DNA of 64,000 nucleotides from a virus: IMG/VR virus record IMGVR_UViG_3300028653_000010; one strand, 5' to 3'. Shown piece by piece: positions 40,664 to 51,304 of this stretch (position 1 is its first letter; each line of letters starts with the position of its first letter). The notes under the pieces were generated by a model. It saw only the letters and a program-made list of their open reading frames with translations, ran no database searches and was not told where the DNA came from. The position numbers and the translations under genes were made by a program.

Positions 40664-41605
40664 ATGCCGTTCAACAGCATCTTGGAGTATGTGGAAGGAC
40701 CCGAGGGTCTTGGTTGGACATTGTACCCTGTTCAGCGGTTCATTCTTAAGCTCTACTACGGACTCGAACTAGACAGCACTCAACGGACAATCATCGTCCA
40801 TGACATGTTCCTAGAGCAGGTACGCTACACCCTCACGGAGCAAGAGTACCTGAGGTTCCTCTTTGAGAATGGTCGCTGTAGCGTCTCAGACACGAGCACC
40901 CTACCGCGTAGAGGAATGGTACTCTCAGCGGGGCGCCGGGTTGGTAAGGATCTGCTGGCAGAGTTCATTGCCACATACACAATCGTCCAGCTGTTGCAAA
41001 TGATGGATCCACATCCAGTCTTTGGAGTGACTCCGAGGCAGAGGCTCAATGTATTGTGTTTCAGTATGAATGCAGCTCGACGCGATGCATTGACCTCAGG
41101 TATTTACTACCACATTGAGCATTGCCAATATCTTCAGAGTGCATTGGTCAGCAACACTCTCACGAACATTACCTTCGAGACCCATGCCGGAAGACAAGCA
41201 GGGGGTACGCAAGGTAACCTGGGACTCAGGTCATATTCGAATGTTGCCCGAACAAGAGGTTTTAGTTCGGTACAGCTCGTGGTGAATGAGCTGGCTCACA
41301 TGGCAAACGAAAGAGATGCGTATGCTGCTATTATGCCCACGGTAACCCCATCTGGGCGCTATGCCATACTATCAACTCCTAGGGTGGCCTCAGGGGCCTT
41401 CTACAATGCTTTCATGTATGGGATGCAGAATGAGTCCCAGGGGGCCCCACTCGCTCTTCAGATCCCAACGTGGGAGATTCAGCAAAACCTTGGTGAGGGT
41501 CTCTTGAGGAGAGCCTACAACGAGAATCCTACTCGGTTCCTCGTTGAGTTTGGAGCCCAATGGGGTAGTTCGAGTCGAGTAGTGACCATCAACATCCAAA
41601 TCTAG
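40664..41605 (+). CDS. Terminase large subunit ATPase-like protein, degenerate and lacking the nuclease domain
   Basis: LYPVQRFILK (Q motif), SAGRRVGKD (Walker A), LVVNELAHM (Walker B with D>N), ILSTP (coupling motif), FYNAF and IPTWE. It is only 313 aa. Confidence 0.7.
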   Translation: MPFNSILEYVEGPEGLGWTLYPVQRFILKLYYGLELDSTQRTIIVHDMFLEQVRYTLTEQEYLRFLFENGRCSVSDTSTLPRRGMVLSAGRRVGKDLLAEFIATYTIVQLLQMMDPHPVFGVTPRQRLNVLCFSMNAARRDALTSGIYYHIEHCQYLQSALVSNTLTNITFETHAGRQAGGTQGNLGLRSYSNVARTRGFSSVQLVVNELAHMANERDAYAAIMPTVTPSGRYAILSTPRVASGAFYNAFMYGMQNESQGAPLALQIPTWEIQQNLGEGLLRRAYNENPTRFLVEFGAQWGSSSRVVTINIQI

Positions 41606-42275
41606 GGCTTCAGGGCAGCGGTGAGGGCGTCGACAATATTCAAGAGGATCGTATCCTCGTTGTTGTCAATGACAAATGTACACTCTCCTGGTGTCATTGC
41701 TACAACGGTCACCATGCTCTTACCGTATTGCTCCGTCCAACCTTCCGCGTCCCAAGCCTCAGCTGCTTCTTTGCACTGGTAAACGAACACCTCAACAGTG
41801 CTATCAACCTCGACTATTGAGGTACCCCATACGCTCTCTATTGCCTTGATAGCTTCAGTGAGAGTCCGTTTAGGGTCGAACTTGGTTGGAACCGTAATGT
41901 CGTATCCGCCGATGTCCATGATGGTACCAGAGGTACACCAGGCGCACTAGTGCTCGCACACCACCAGAAGAACTCCGATTATCAGCAAAGCAATACTCAG
42001 TCCTTTGGCTACTCCGAGTGCTAACTCACGTTTGAGCTTGATCATACTTAATCCTTTGGTTCACCGTCGTATTACACCTCCTTCACCCCAATCATCGAAA
42101 CCGATCCCACAGTCTGGACAGTGCCAGTGGCCACATCGGGGGTGACACTCTTTCATTCGTCGATGCTGACACTGGTAGATAATAGGGTACCACCACTTAG
42201 GGTCAACCCTGCGGTCGTTACCGCCTAGGTCCCGAACACCTTGTCTTGTCAGCTTCACTCCGGGAGGGAATAGCT

Positions 42276-42641
42276 TCATGCGATTCCAACGGTATGGGTC
42301 GTAAGACGGTAGTGGTTGTCCAGGGTCAATACCTGAGCCCGGACTTCACCTCCGGGCAAGACCACCACGAACCAAAAGACCACAGCGTGCCGGTGCAATA
42401 CTTGGGTCCTTGCTGCCAAGGACCGCGCCGGCTCCCTGAGAGTCCTTCGAATTCCGTCCAACTTCCCCAATAACGATAGGAACCTCCTTCGGTTAGTAAC
42501 CAGGATCCCACTACTGCCTTCTGAGGTATCCAAATAGAGAACCAAGTCACTCCCGATGTTTTTCAAACCATCCCTAGCTATGCGCAATAGGTCTTCGTTC
42601 ACATAGGGTCTCAAGTGTTCTGCCACTTTTTCAGGCTCCAT
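42276..42641 (-). CDS. Hypothetical protein, paralogue of 46054..46467
   Basis: DLVLYLDT...FWFVVVLP versus DLVIYLNT...FWFMVCLP. Confidence 0.55.
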   Translation of the reverse strand: MEPEKVAEHLRPYVNEDLLRIARDGLKNIGSDLVLYLDTSEGSSGILVTNRRRFLSLLGKLDGIRRTLREPARSLAARTQVLHRHAVVFWFVVVLPGGEVRAQVLTLDNHYRLTTHTVGIA

Positions 42642-42751
42642 TTCACTCTCTTTTCGGGGTTCTCCGCTTGCTCTGAATTATAGAATGCTCGCAATACAGA
42701 AAGCAACAGGTTTTCAATGGCCAAACGAATATGACACTTGTCTTGGAAACG

Positions 42752-43705
42752 TCATATCACCGGTTTTCTGTGGTATCTTGTGGGTATCGCTGACCTACCC
42801 TCAGGCTTTTTCGGGGTACTTGGACCCCTACTTGGGCGCGCAACTCGCCCCTCAGCTTGAATATCTCTGGATGTCCTTCGAGGGAAACGATGTGTCGGCT
42901 CGATTCCGGCGGTAGCCCCGAATCCAGCATAGGCTCGTCGAAGTTCAAGCATCCTATCTTGAGGAAGCGGTTGAATCAATCTGACTGGGTACTCTCTGTG
43001 CAAGTCTATCAACCCTTGTACCTCTTCACTTGGGGTATCATACGCTGGCAGAGACACTTCCCTTGAAGGAGACGGGAACCTTGCCTCAGCGGCTACTCTC
43101 TGCGCGACCTCAGTCATCTCTTGGCCTTGTTCTCGTTGCACCTCTGGGCGTGCACTCCGTAAGGCTCTCAGATGAGCGGCAACCTCCTCTTCAGTGACAA
43201 CATGCCCACCGTCAGATGCAAATTGCCCTTGATACTCAATTGGGAAGGCGGGGTCATCATCGAGGGCAAAGTCACGTGTCAATGACTCTCGTTGAAGATC
43301 TTCGGCAGTTAGATCAGAGCTATTACGACCGATAGCTTGTGCATAACTTTCTAACCGTTCTAGAGCTGATGATTGGAAGATCATTGTCCCTATATCGGGC
43401 AGGACAGGTACTTCAGCGAGTCTTTGCTGTACAGCCTCTCGTATTTCTCGTTGGGTAGGATGCTCTATAGCCCAAGAAGTCACCGAGGTAATTTCTTGAG
43501 TGGTTACTTCAGGCAGCTCTAACCGGACATGTGGGGAGTGAAGAGCGTTTTGACGAAATCTCTCTCCAAAGTAACGTGCCAAACCCTCTGGAGTAAACCC
43601 AGTCTGTATTTCATTGACCAAGTTGTCTTGAATCGTGAAACGTGCTCCAGAAGCTTCCTCTCCTGTGTCCAGCATGACTCGGACTAGTACTTCTATTCGT
43701 GGCAT
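42752..43705 (-). CDS. Hypothetical protein with C-terminal RYER-type tag (TRYHRKPVI)
   Basis: Shared C-terminal motif after a Pro/Arg-rich linker. Confidence 0.7.
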   Translation of the reverse strand: MPRIEVLVRVMLDTGEEASGARFTIQDNLVNEIQTGFTPEGLARYFGERFRQNALHSPHVRLELPEVTTQEITSVTSWAIEHPTQREIREAVQQRLAEVPVLPDIGTMIFQSSALERLESYAQAIGRNSSDLTAEDLQRESLTRDFALDDDPAFPIEYQGQFASDGGHVVTEEEVAAHLRALRSARPEVQREQGQEMTEVAQRVAAEARFPSPSREVSLPAYDTPSEEVQGLIDLHREYPVRLIQPLPQDRMLELRRAYAGFGATAGIEPTHRFPRRTSRDIQAEGRVARPSRGPSTPKKPEGRSAIPTRYHRKPVI

Positions 43706-44036
43706 GACCTGGACACAAGATACCCCAATTGACTTCCGGTGTATAGACCATCATGGATAAGTCTGAGCTGATCACAAGCTACAGGTTCGAGAAGGACCGC
43801 CTGGCCAAAGTAGAAAAAGCACTTGAAATTCAGAAGAAGAAGATCAGTGGCATCTGCAAGGATCTCTTTGATCAGCACGGAAAAGGACCCCACGACCTGG
43901 GCGACGGCTACGCGGAAGGGTACATCGTTGTTCAGAACAGCGACAAGTACTACCTGAAAGCGGTTCCGGCTAAAAAGGCGGGTAAGTAAGCCACTGGTTG
44001 ACTTTCTAGTCAAGAATGGCATGGTGAATCGCCATT

Positions 44037-44477
44037 ATGCTGCAGAGATTCCAAAACTTCTCAGTGTTATGCGCGATAGTGCTGGCTGCTGTTTGCATCG
44101 TTCTTCTTCTGTCATCGCTAATTGAGAGTGGTGAGGGTCAGTACCCGACCTGGAAGAAGGCCTGTTTCGAACTACCGATCTTGCTCTATGTCATAGTTTT
44201 AGTAGGCTTTCTGATGCCTACTAAGCTACCTAAGCTCCAAGTCTTCGTAGTAGCATGTTGTGGACCTGCTGCACTAGCCTACATATCACGAATTTCCAAG
44301 TACAGTGATAGAAGGGTAGCTCGTCACCATGCTGAGTTTATAGCTTCGCAGCAAGAACTAACTCAACAGATTGAAGAGACCAAGGTTCGTATCATGAGCC
44401 TCGCTGAGAAAATGGAGTTAGAGAAAATAAATCAGTCAAAGCGGGTCTCACGGTACGAGCGCCCGCCGGTCATATAA
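44037..44477 (+). CDS. Membrane protein (about 3 TM) with C-terminal RYER tag (SRYERPPVI)
   Basis: Hydrophobic segments plus the shared motif. Confidence 0.7.
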   Translation: MLQRFQNFSVLCAIVLAAVCIVLLLSSLIESGEGQYPTWKKACFELPILLYVIVLVGFLMPTKLPKLQVFVVACCGPAALAYISRISKYSDRRVARHHAEFIASQQELTQQIEETKVRIMSLAEKMELEKINQSKRVSRYERPPVI

Positions 44478-45072
44478 CCCACGGTCGTTCGTACCGTGAC
44501 AAGTACTTAACCCTGGAATCTGTGAGTGGTAGTGGGAACAACTCGTGGATGTCTTTCACCTGGTAAGAAGGTTCGGTGACTACGTGCGGACCATCGTTCA
44601 TTCCCAGCCGGAAGCGTTCTGAGCGTAGGGCACAGTCGAGTGCTTTTATACAGTTGAGAGATGCCTTGCAACAAGCCCACCCTATCGCTAGCTGAGCTTG
44701 GTCCTTGGAACTTGGTCCGTCATCTCTCATGATTCGATGAAGAGCTATAGCCCGCTCAATGGCGACCATACCGTCGTAGTCAGTGCCTAATTCAAGAGCA
44801 TGCAGCTTGTTCACGAGGTGGTCGATCAGCTGCTCATCAAGGTCCATTTGCTCCGCTTCAGCAGTCCGTGACGCGGCTCGGAACGCTATCCAATGCAAGT
44901 TATTGGACTGAGGATTCAATGACCATAGCAGCTTGGTCATTGCATTCACATCTACACAGGTAGTCCAAGCTGTGTCGAAATCTCTGACCCCAGTGGCCAC
45001 CATCCAATCAAGAAAGTCTTTGGAGACTCCAGCAGCCCGAGCAACCTCTGGTGATGGGAAGAACCCTACCAT
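44470..45072 (-). CDS. Hypothetical helical protein with C-terminal RYER tag (SRYERPWVI)
   Basis: Shared motif; TAATG coupling to the upstream gene. Confidence 0.7.
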   Translation of the reverse strand: MVGFFPSPEVARAAGVSKDFLDWMVATGVRDFDTAWTTCVDVNAMTKLLWSLNPQSNNLHWIAFRAASRTAEAEQMDLDEQLIDHLVNKLHALELGTDYDGMVAIERAIALHRIMRDDGPSSKDQAQLAIGWACCKASLNCIKALDCALRSERFRLGMNDGPHVVTEPSYQVKDIHELFPLPLTDSRVKYLSRYERPWVI

Positions 45073-45605
45073 TAGATCACCCAAGGCCTCTCGTATCGAC
45101 TCAGGACCTTCGGTGGTTGTGGGAACTCTTGGGGGGCTGGCATCGACTTGAATTGGGTGTAGTCCTTGAACCGAACACCCTTTGGTCTCTCTTTCTTGTA
45201 CCCAGCCCAGTTATTGTAGACAATCTCGCGCACCGACTTCAGCTCTTCATGGTAGAGGTCGAAGAACTGTGAGTGCAAGGTCACTCGTTGTTGGTAGGTG
45301 AGTCCCTGCCTGTCCAGGAAGTCTGTAAGCCAGCCCAGGGGGTCCTTGAGCAGCGTTCGAGAGTAGTGACAGACTTGGGTGGCCTCCAACTGGTAAATCC
45401 AGGCTCGCCCCCGGTGAAAGGATGCCAGCTGGGCTAGCCGCTTGAGTTCCAAGAACCGACCCACATCATCTGGCGGCCGGATCTTCATCTCCAATCGGGT
45501 GGCTAAGTCTGGGTTACCAGCCAGGAGCTTGCGCGCCTCGTCAATGCTTCCTCGGTCTACCTTGTCACAAGCTATACCGAATAGGACCATGTCTTCAGCT
45601 GCCAT
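45072..45605 (-). CDS. Hypothetical protein with C-terminal RYER tag (SRYERPWVI)
   Basis: Shared C-terminal motif. Confidence 0.7.
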   Translation of the reverse strand: MAAEDMVLFGIACDKVDRGSIDEARKLLAGNPDLATRLEMKIRPPDDVGRFLELKRLAQLASFHRGRAWIYQLEATQVCHYSRTLLKDPLGWLTDFLDRQGLTYQQRVTLHSQFFDLYHEELKSVREIVYNNWAGYKKERPKGVRFKDYTQFKSMPAPQEFPQPPKVLSRYERPWVI

Positions 45606-46015
45606 CAGATCACCGGCTTGCGTGTATACCGACTGGGGAACTTTGGACGGGGAAAGTCCTCCCCTTCTTTTGGCTCTAACACCTGAATGGGAAGTTGAAG
45701 GTGGCTCGTACCCTCAGGAGTGATGATAGCCCCCGCTATCATTGCCGCTGCACCTATATCACCCATACCGCGGTCACGAGCGTACTGCTCTATCCTCTCG
45801 AAGTAAGCCTTGTTTTCAGCACTCAAGCGCCAATACCTAACGAAGTGTTGGGCGCTCCTCATCAAGAACCCAAAAGTACTATTGAAGGCATGTATCATGT
45901 CTTCTTCGTTGACCAGATCTGGGTCTTTGAACTCCGACAGGGGGATGTCCATTTCGTTCTGGTGTCTAGTATCATCGTCCTCGATGAGTTGAACTATGAG
46001 CCTTAGCTTCGCCAC
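45605..46015 (-). CDS. Hypothetical protein with C-terminal RYER-type tag (SRYTRKPVI)
   Basis: Shared motif; the N-terminus resembles 61652..62182. Confidence 0.7.
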   Translation of the reverse strand: MAKLRLIVQLIEDDDTRHQNEMDIPLSEFKDPDLVNEEDMIHAFNSTFGFLMRSAQHFVRYWRLSAENKAYFERIEQYARDRGMGDIGAAAMIAGAIITPEGTSHLQLPIQVLEPKEGEDFPRPKFPSRYTRKPVI

Positions 46016-48132
46016 AGGCAGAATTTATACCACAAGCGACCGCTTGTTGACAATTGTTTGATAGGGGCGTTGGAGTAACCATGGTACAGCCGACCCAGAT
46101 GATCCCAACCGACTCGAATCCAAGCGAGTTGGCTATTGAAGTCAGTACTCTCTTGGCCCCTTACTTGGATGACCAAGTCATAATGGCGGTACTCGAAGCC
46201 AAAAGCAAAGGAGTGAAGGACCTCGTCATCTACTTGAACACGGTGGACCAAACCCTGTATCAACTGGAACGGTCAGCAGTTCTTTCAGATCCTGAAGCCC
46301 CAGAAGAGATGAAGTCCCTGATGTCCCAGCCATCCTCGGAAGTAGCGTCTTTCGGTTCAGAGGTACCAGGGTACTTGAGCTTCTGGTTCATGGTGTGCTT
46401 GCCCGATACCCGAATGGCCGCGATGGCGATCTCGTCAATTCCCAGAAACGATGCTGGGCTCTGCTGAACCCATTACTCACCCCTGAGAGTTTCGAGCATC
46501 TTCTGACGACCCTCGGCAACACTAAGGGTTGGGTTGTCCTGAATGTACCTGCTTGCCCTACTGAAAGTAATGGTCCAGTGCTTGGCCTGCTCATCTTCGC
46601 CGGAGCCTACCTCAAGGAAAGCAGACCAACCTAGTCGGGGAATCCTTGGTGGCTTGTGATTGAAGCCAGGGTCGTCGGAACACATGAACTTGTGGTTTGG
46701 GTGATCCTTGGCGAACCGCCTCATATCACTCAATAGTAAAGTCATGCTGTCCCAGTCGGTATCAAGTCGAGTTTCGTCCAGGACTACAGGACCACCCGCA
46801 GAAGAGTGAGTGGAGGTTTGAGATACATCATCGTTGAGTAGGTCAGGCATTTTCGTTAGTCAGTCTATCAAAGATGGAACGAGTGCTTTCGTCCCATGCA
46901 GTAACTTCACCTAGCGTAGCTCGGCGCCATTGGCCACTAAAGGCCACAGAGGTTGGTTCGTTGTCTTCGTCAAGGGTGAGGGTCCCTTCCCAGACCCAGA
47001 ACCCTGGATTTGTAGGGAGCTCAGGGAACAACTCCCAAAGGCTGATCCGATCGTTATCAACCTCGGTGATGAACTCCCAGATTGAAGTCATCTCCTGAGG
47101 TAGGTTTTCCCAGTGACTTTCGTAGGACTCCAGAATTGCTGATTGAACAGGGAAGAGTCCAATGGCAACCAGAATGGCGTGGGAGCAGGTGGTGGAGATC
47201 ATACCTTACCTGTCCATAACTGGTCTAGTCGTTGGATCTCTTTCCGAATGAGACTAATGTTCTCGTCAATCTCGGGCTTCAGGTACTTGAGGTAGATCAC
47301 TCGTCGCTTATCAAACCAGGATTCCCTCTCCGGCCCCTCTTCTTTTGGTAACTCTCCAAGAGCTTTTGATTCAGCTAAGATAGCTGGCCCGTTCGGTCTA
47401 AACACCCCCATACACGACATGATCTGGCTATCAGCTACAGTCGGTCCAATTCTAATCCCCCACTCGTCGACTGCCCAATGACGGTGGTTCTTAGTAAGAG
47501 CTGCAGCTTGCTCTTCAGTGACAACTAAGATCGGGGTGAAAACTGGGTCACCGTCGTAGTTGTAGTAAGGGACTGGCTCTGGAAATGTAACAACTTCCTG
47601 CCCTTCATCCGTCTCATCTGTCTTCATCTTCAACTTACGATCACCAACCTTGATAGCCATCCAGCGAAGCACACTGTATATGTAGTCGCGCTCGAACCCG
47701 TACATTCCTGATTGGTAGTGAAACCCTATAGACTTGGGTCGATCAAATATATCCTCAGTGGGGTTACTTGCCGACCCATTCCACTCATCAGGTTTAACCC
47801 CACAGACAGCGCACCAACGACGGAAGTTCTTCTCCATAGAAAGAAGCATCCTCTTACGTAGTTTGGTAGAGCTGACTCTAATGGATATTGAATAGCCCAT
47901 GGGTACCTGAGTACACCGAAGTGGCTACCATCCCTTTTGGATGAAGTGGAACGCAATATAGATCACCAGGACTGCAAGAGACAACCCTAGCCCAAGGACA
48001 CCGAAGAAAGCAAACTTGGCGTATCTGAATCCCTTATCGATGGCTTTGAAAGCCTGTTGCTTTCCCTCCTCGGTGAAGATGGATGGGATGTCGTTGTCAG
48101 GTCTGGGTGGGGGTGTGATTACGTCCATTCCT

Positions 48133-48300
48133 CTACTCTGTCTTTCTTTTTTGGTTCAGAGTCATTGTTTGGGTGCCACGCTCTTCAGCATCCGCTATTG
48201 CCTGAGCAATAGCTCTCTTCAGCTCAGATTGACCGTGTAACTCACCCATCATGAATACTTGATGGGCTAAGGCTCGATGGGCTTCGGTTACTACTGCCAT
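48133..48300 (-). CDS. Small hypothetical protein (55 aa, below the ORF-track cutoff)
   Basis: MAVVTEAHRALAHQVFMMGELHGQSELKRAIAQAIADAEERG...; preceded by GGTGTA and abutting the next minus-strand gene. Confidence 0.45.
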   Translation of the reverse strand: MAVVTEAHRALAHQVFMMGELHGQSELKRAIAQAIADAEERGTQTMTLNQKRKTE

Positions 48301-48434
48301 ACCTTACACCTTATACTTGAAAAGTATCGGAGAAGTCAAAGACTGAGTACAGAAGCTTAACAGTTCCGCTGGCGTCCCGTAGAGTGGTAGCTGACCACTT
48401 GACACCTGTAGTCAGTAAGAGTACACTTACATAC

Positions 48435-48647
48435 ATGGAAACTGACCAAGAGATTCACCATCTTCTCCACACCCTGTGGACTAAAGCCGTCGGAACGGCC
48501 GACTATGATAAAGAGCAATGGAAGCGCATGAGCGCCTTCATTGAAGGCCACATTCAACCGATGGGACTATTGAATCGGAATCGACTATCCGATGACCCAC
48601 CACCAACGTCGAGAACCTCTAGATACGAACGCAAGCCGGTGATCTGA
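48435..48647 (+). CDS. Small protein with C-terminal RYER tag (SRYERKPVI)
   Basis: Shared C-terminal motif. Confidence 0.7.
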   Translation: METDQEIHHLLHTLWTKAVGTADYDKEQWKRMSAFIEGHIQPMGLLNRNRLSDDPPPTSRTSRYERKPVI

Positions 48648-49088
48648 TCAGGGCTGCAGCTTAGGCTCGACGTTCTTGACCACATTGTTCAGGAAGTCAG
48701 CCAGATACTTTGCCACCTGCGCGGGAGTCCCCGTCTTCCCTCGAAGCTTGTACTCTCGGGGAAGGGATGAGACTCGCATCTCAATCTTGACTTTGCCGGT
48801 CGGAGGCGGGCTGTGGGGAGTCTCTTTTCCGAAACCCTCGATGAAAAAAGACATCCTGTTGTTCTCAGCTTCGGCCCCACCACCTCTTCCATGCCCAGTG
48901 GGCATGTTGATGAAGTTGACGAACACAGTATCGTAACGATTACCGGCGAGCCTCGATTCATTATCGAATCGGATCTGACGACCCTGAAGATTCAAGTGAG
49001 ACTCAACAGCCTTGATGAACTCTTCAGACCCACCACCTTCAGCGGCGAACCTTGCAGCTATTTTTTGGATGAGCGGGTCGTGAGTCAT
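48648..49088 (-). CDS. Hypothetical protein with N-terminal IAARF motif
   Basis: MTHDPLIQKIAARF; class C motif GTAATCCTTTAGT lies 14 nt upstream (49103-49115). Confidence 0.6.
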   Translation of the reverse strand: MTHDPLIQKIAARFAAEGGGSEEFIKAVESHLNLQGRQIRFDNESRLAGNRYDTVFVNFINMPTGHGRGGGAEAENNRMSFFIEGFGKETPHSPPPTGKVKIEMRVSSLPREYKLRGKTGTPAQVAKYLADFLNNVVKNVEPKLQP

Positions 49089-49819
49089 ACTATTGAGTCC
49101 AGACTAAAGGATTACCGACTACCTAGACCTTGCTAAAAAGTTAGCAAACCGCTTCACCCATTTGTCTTGAGTCAAGGTAACGAACTGAGAGTATCGCTCA
49201 ACCCACTCACTCTCAGTTAGTTTGATTGATCCATCAGTTTTCTGAACCTCTTGGATGAATTCGGCAGTCATTGCATTGATCCCACCTACAAATAGATGGA
49301 CACTGCATTTATTGTCAGCGGGGATGATCTCGGTTGGCAAAGGTGTGTAGGGCAACATCAACGGGGCCTGCTCTTGACCCTCTGAAGTTGGATGTCCTTT
49401 GATACGATGGTGATCTTGGTCCATATCTCGAGTCGGCATACTTAACCTCCAAGTAACTGGATCAGATTATCAACTACCCAATACACTAACCATATAACTA
49501 GGATGAATACACCAAAAACCTTAGCTAGCGCATCTCCCATGGCTCACTCAACAATGTGCTCAGCAAGAACTTCGAGCTCAGTGATCACCGATTCGATCCG
49601 TCGCTTGCGGTCGAGGTACTGAGTCATCGCTAGTCCTATGTCCCCAGGGTTCGGATAGTCGCGTGCGTTAGGGGTCGTAACAGATAGAGCACGGAGTGCG
49701 TCACGAAGCGCATTGAGGGCATCTGAGGTGTCGTCAAGCAATGTATTCCGTGAGGTCCCACCGATAGTGATTGTAGGGAGTACTTGAGATCTGCTGGGTG
49801 CTTGGGTATCCATGCCTAC

Positions 49820-49849
49820 TATTACGCGCAGATTGCACCAGTTCTCAAC
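49820..49849 (-). promoter_or_regulatory. Class A promoter-like motif
   Basis: GTTGAGAactggtgcaatctgcgCGTAATAgtaggcATG (start at 49813). Confidence 0.75.
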
Positions 49850-49918
49850 TACTAATTTGCTACTAATTCAACCAGTAGTTAGTATTTGACTGGCCGGTTT
49901 CTTACCCATTAAACGCAT

Positions 49919-49946
49919 CAGCCTCCGAAGACATTCTCGGAGGCTG
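49919..49946 (-). terminator. Hairpin downstream of the histone-like gene
   Basis: CAGCCTCCGA and TCGGAGGCTG form a 10-bp stem. Confidence 0.55.
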
Positions 49947-49966
49947 GAACGTTACCACTGGTTGGA

Positions 49967-50668
49967 TTATGCGTGAGCGACTGCTTCCCTCATTGCGGCA
50001 GTAGCAGCTTTGACTGCTTTCGGATCACGTGGATCGAAGACGACCAGAGTAACTCTATTCCCATTGCGGGCCTGAGCAAAAGCTGACGACCCTGTGACCA
50101 TTGGAATCTTGGTAGGTTGCATAAATACCGGTGGTGATACCTTCTTGGCAACCTTCTTGGCAACCTTCTTGGCAACCTTCTTAGCCTGGGCAGCTTTGGC
50201 AACCACTGGTTTGACAGCAACCCTCTTGGAGACCTTCTTGGCAACCTTCTTAGCCTTGGCAACCCTCTTAGCTGGAACAGGTTCCTCCGAAGCCTTCTTC
50301 TTGTCGGCGCTCCGAATGCTCCAAACCATCTGGGGTGGAATGTCCTGCCCGAGTGCTTCAGCCTCGATAGAGATGTCAGCCGCAGACTTGTTGGGGCGCT
50401 TGCGGATAAAGTCCGACTTGTTGAAGGTTGATTCAGCTTCAGCTTCGACAGGTTGCACGACGGGGGCCGCGTTCTTCTTGGCAACCTTCTTGGCAACCTT
50501 CTTGCTGATGCCGGCCGCCTTACGGTCATTGCTTCGAATAGTCCAGATGAAGTTGATTCGAATATTCTGACCTAGTTTTGCTGCCTCCCCCACGATATCA
50601 ATGGGTTTCATGTTAGGGCGAGCTCGGATGAACTCTGTTTTATTGAACTTCTGATTCATGATTGCCAT
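49967..50668 (-). CDS. Histone H1-like basic DNA-binding protein with a duplicated small domain
   Basis: KKVAKKVAKK repeats and two copies of FNK[TS][ED]FIR.RPN....I..EA..LGQ.I....W.IRS.D.K. Confidence 0.7.
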   Translation of the reverse strand: MAIMNQKFNKTEFIRARPNMKPIDIVGEAAKLGQNIRINFIWTIRSNDRKAAGISKKVAKKVAKKNAAPVVQPVEAEAESTFNKSDFIRKRPNKSAADISIEAEALGQDIPPQMVWSIRSADKKKASEEPVPAKRVAKAKKVAKKVSKRVAVKPVVAKAAQAKKVAKKVAKKVAKKVSPPVFMQPTKIPMVTGSSAFAQARNGNRVTLVVFDPRDPKAVKAATAAMREAVAHA

Positions 50669-50941
50669 AACTGTTTTCCTTGTTGAGCCTTTAGCGGCAG
50701 TTCCAAGCAATAGTGGATCAAAGTATGAGAGACTACAACCCCCAAAACTCATAAAAGGTTGACTTTTTCAAAAAACCTCTAACTTCAGCCTAGGGGCCAA
50801 ACACATACTATTGACGAAAACCTACTGGTAAAATAGGTTAACGACTCTACCCAACAAGGTGGAATCATTGACAAATACATCACTCTACTAGGAATTAAAC
50901 TCCACCTTATAGAGTGAATAATAGCTCGATGAGTTGGATCT

Positions 50942-51304
50942 CTAGGTACTTCGAATAAACCTAGCCGCCACCCTCTGAACTATGTCTGAGGCGGTGATCG
51001 ACGATCTTCGCGCCATGTACACAAGCCTGTCCCCATCCTCCACTATGGCAGCTGCTTGCTCCGCAGGGGATATCCTCACATGCCGCCCATCAGCTGAGTC
51101 CAAACTTACCTTACGAGCTATCCTAAGCTCATTGACCGCCTGGTCAAAATCCCCACGGGGTACCCCAGGCAACGCTTCCCTCAAAGCGTAAAGGGTAACA
51201 TAGTTCCCCTTGCCCGTCTTGGCGTCTATGTGATCAAACGTCAAAAGAACACGCTTAGCCAAGGGGGATAGGGTCGCCGCCCTCCGAAGTTCTGGGTCTG
51301 ACAT
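50942..51304 (-). CDS. wHTH-like protein with C-terminal RVAARF motif
   Basis: VTLYALREAL...FDQAVNELR; ends DIVQRVAARFIRST. A class C motif lies at 51319-51331. Confidence 0.55.
   Translation of the reverse strand: MSDPELRRAATLSPLAKRVLLTFDHIDAKTGKGNYVTLYALREALPGVPRGDFDQAVNELRIARKVSLDSADGRHVRISPAEQAAAIVEDGDRLVYMARRSSITASDIVQRVAARFIRST

Noticed and set aside
46843-47202. C-terminus TRSIFDRLTNENA as a RYER tag
   Set aside because: It lacks RY.R and the terminal VI.
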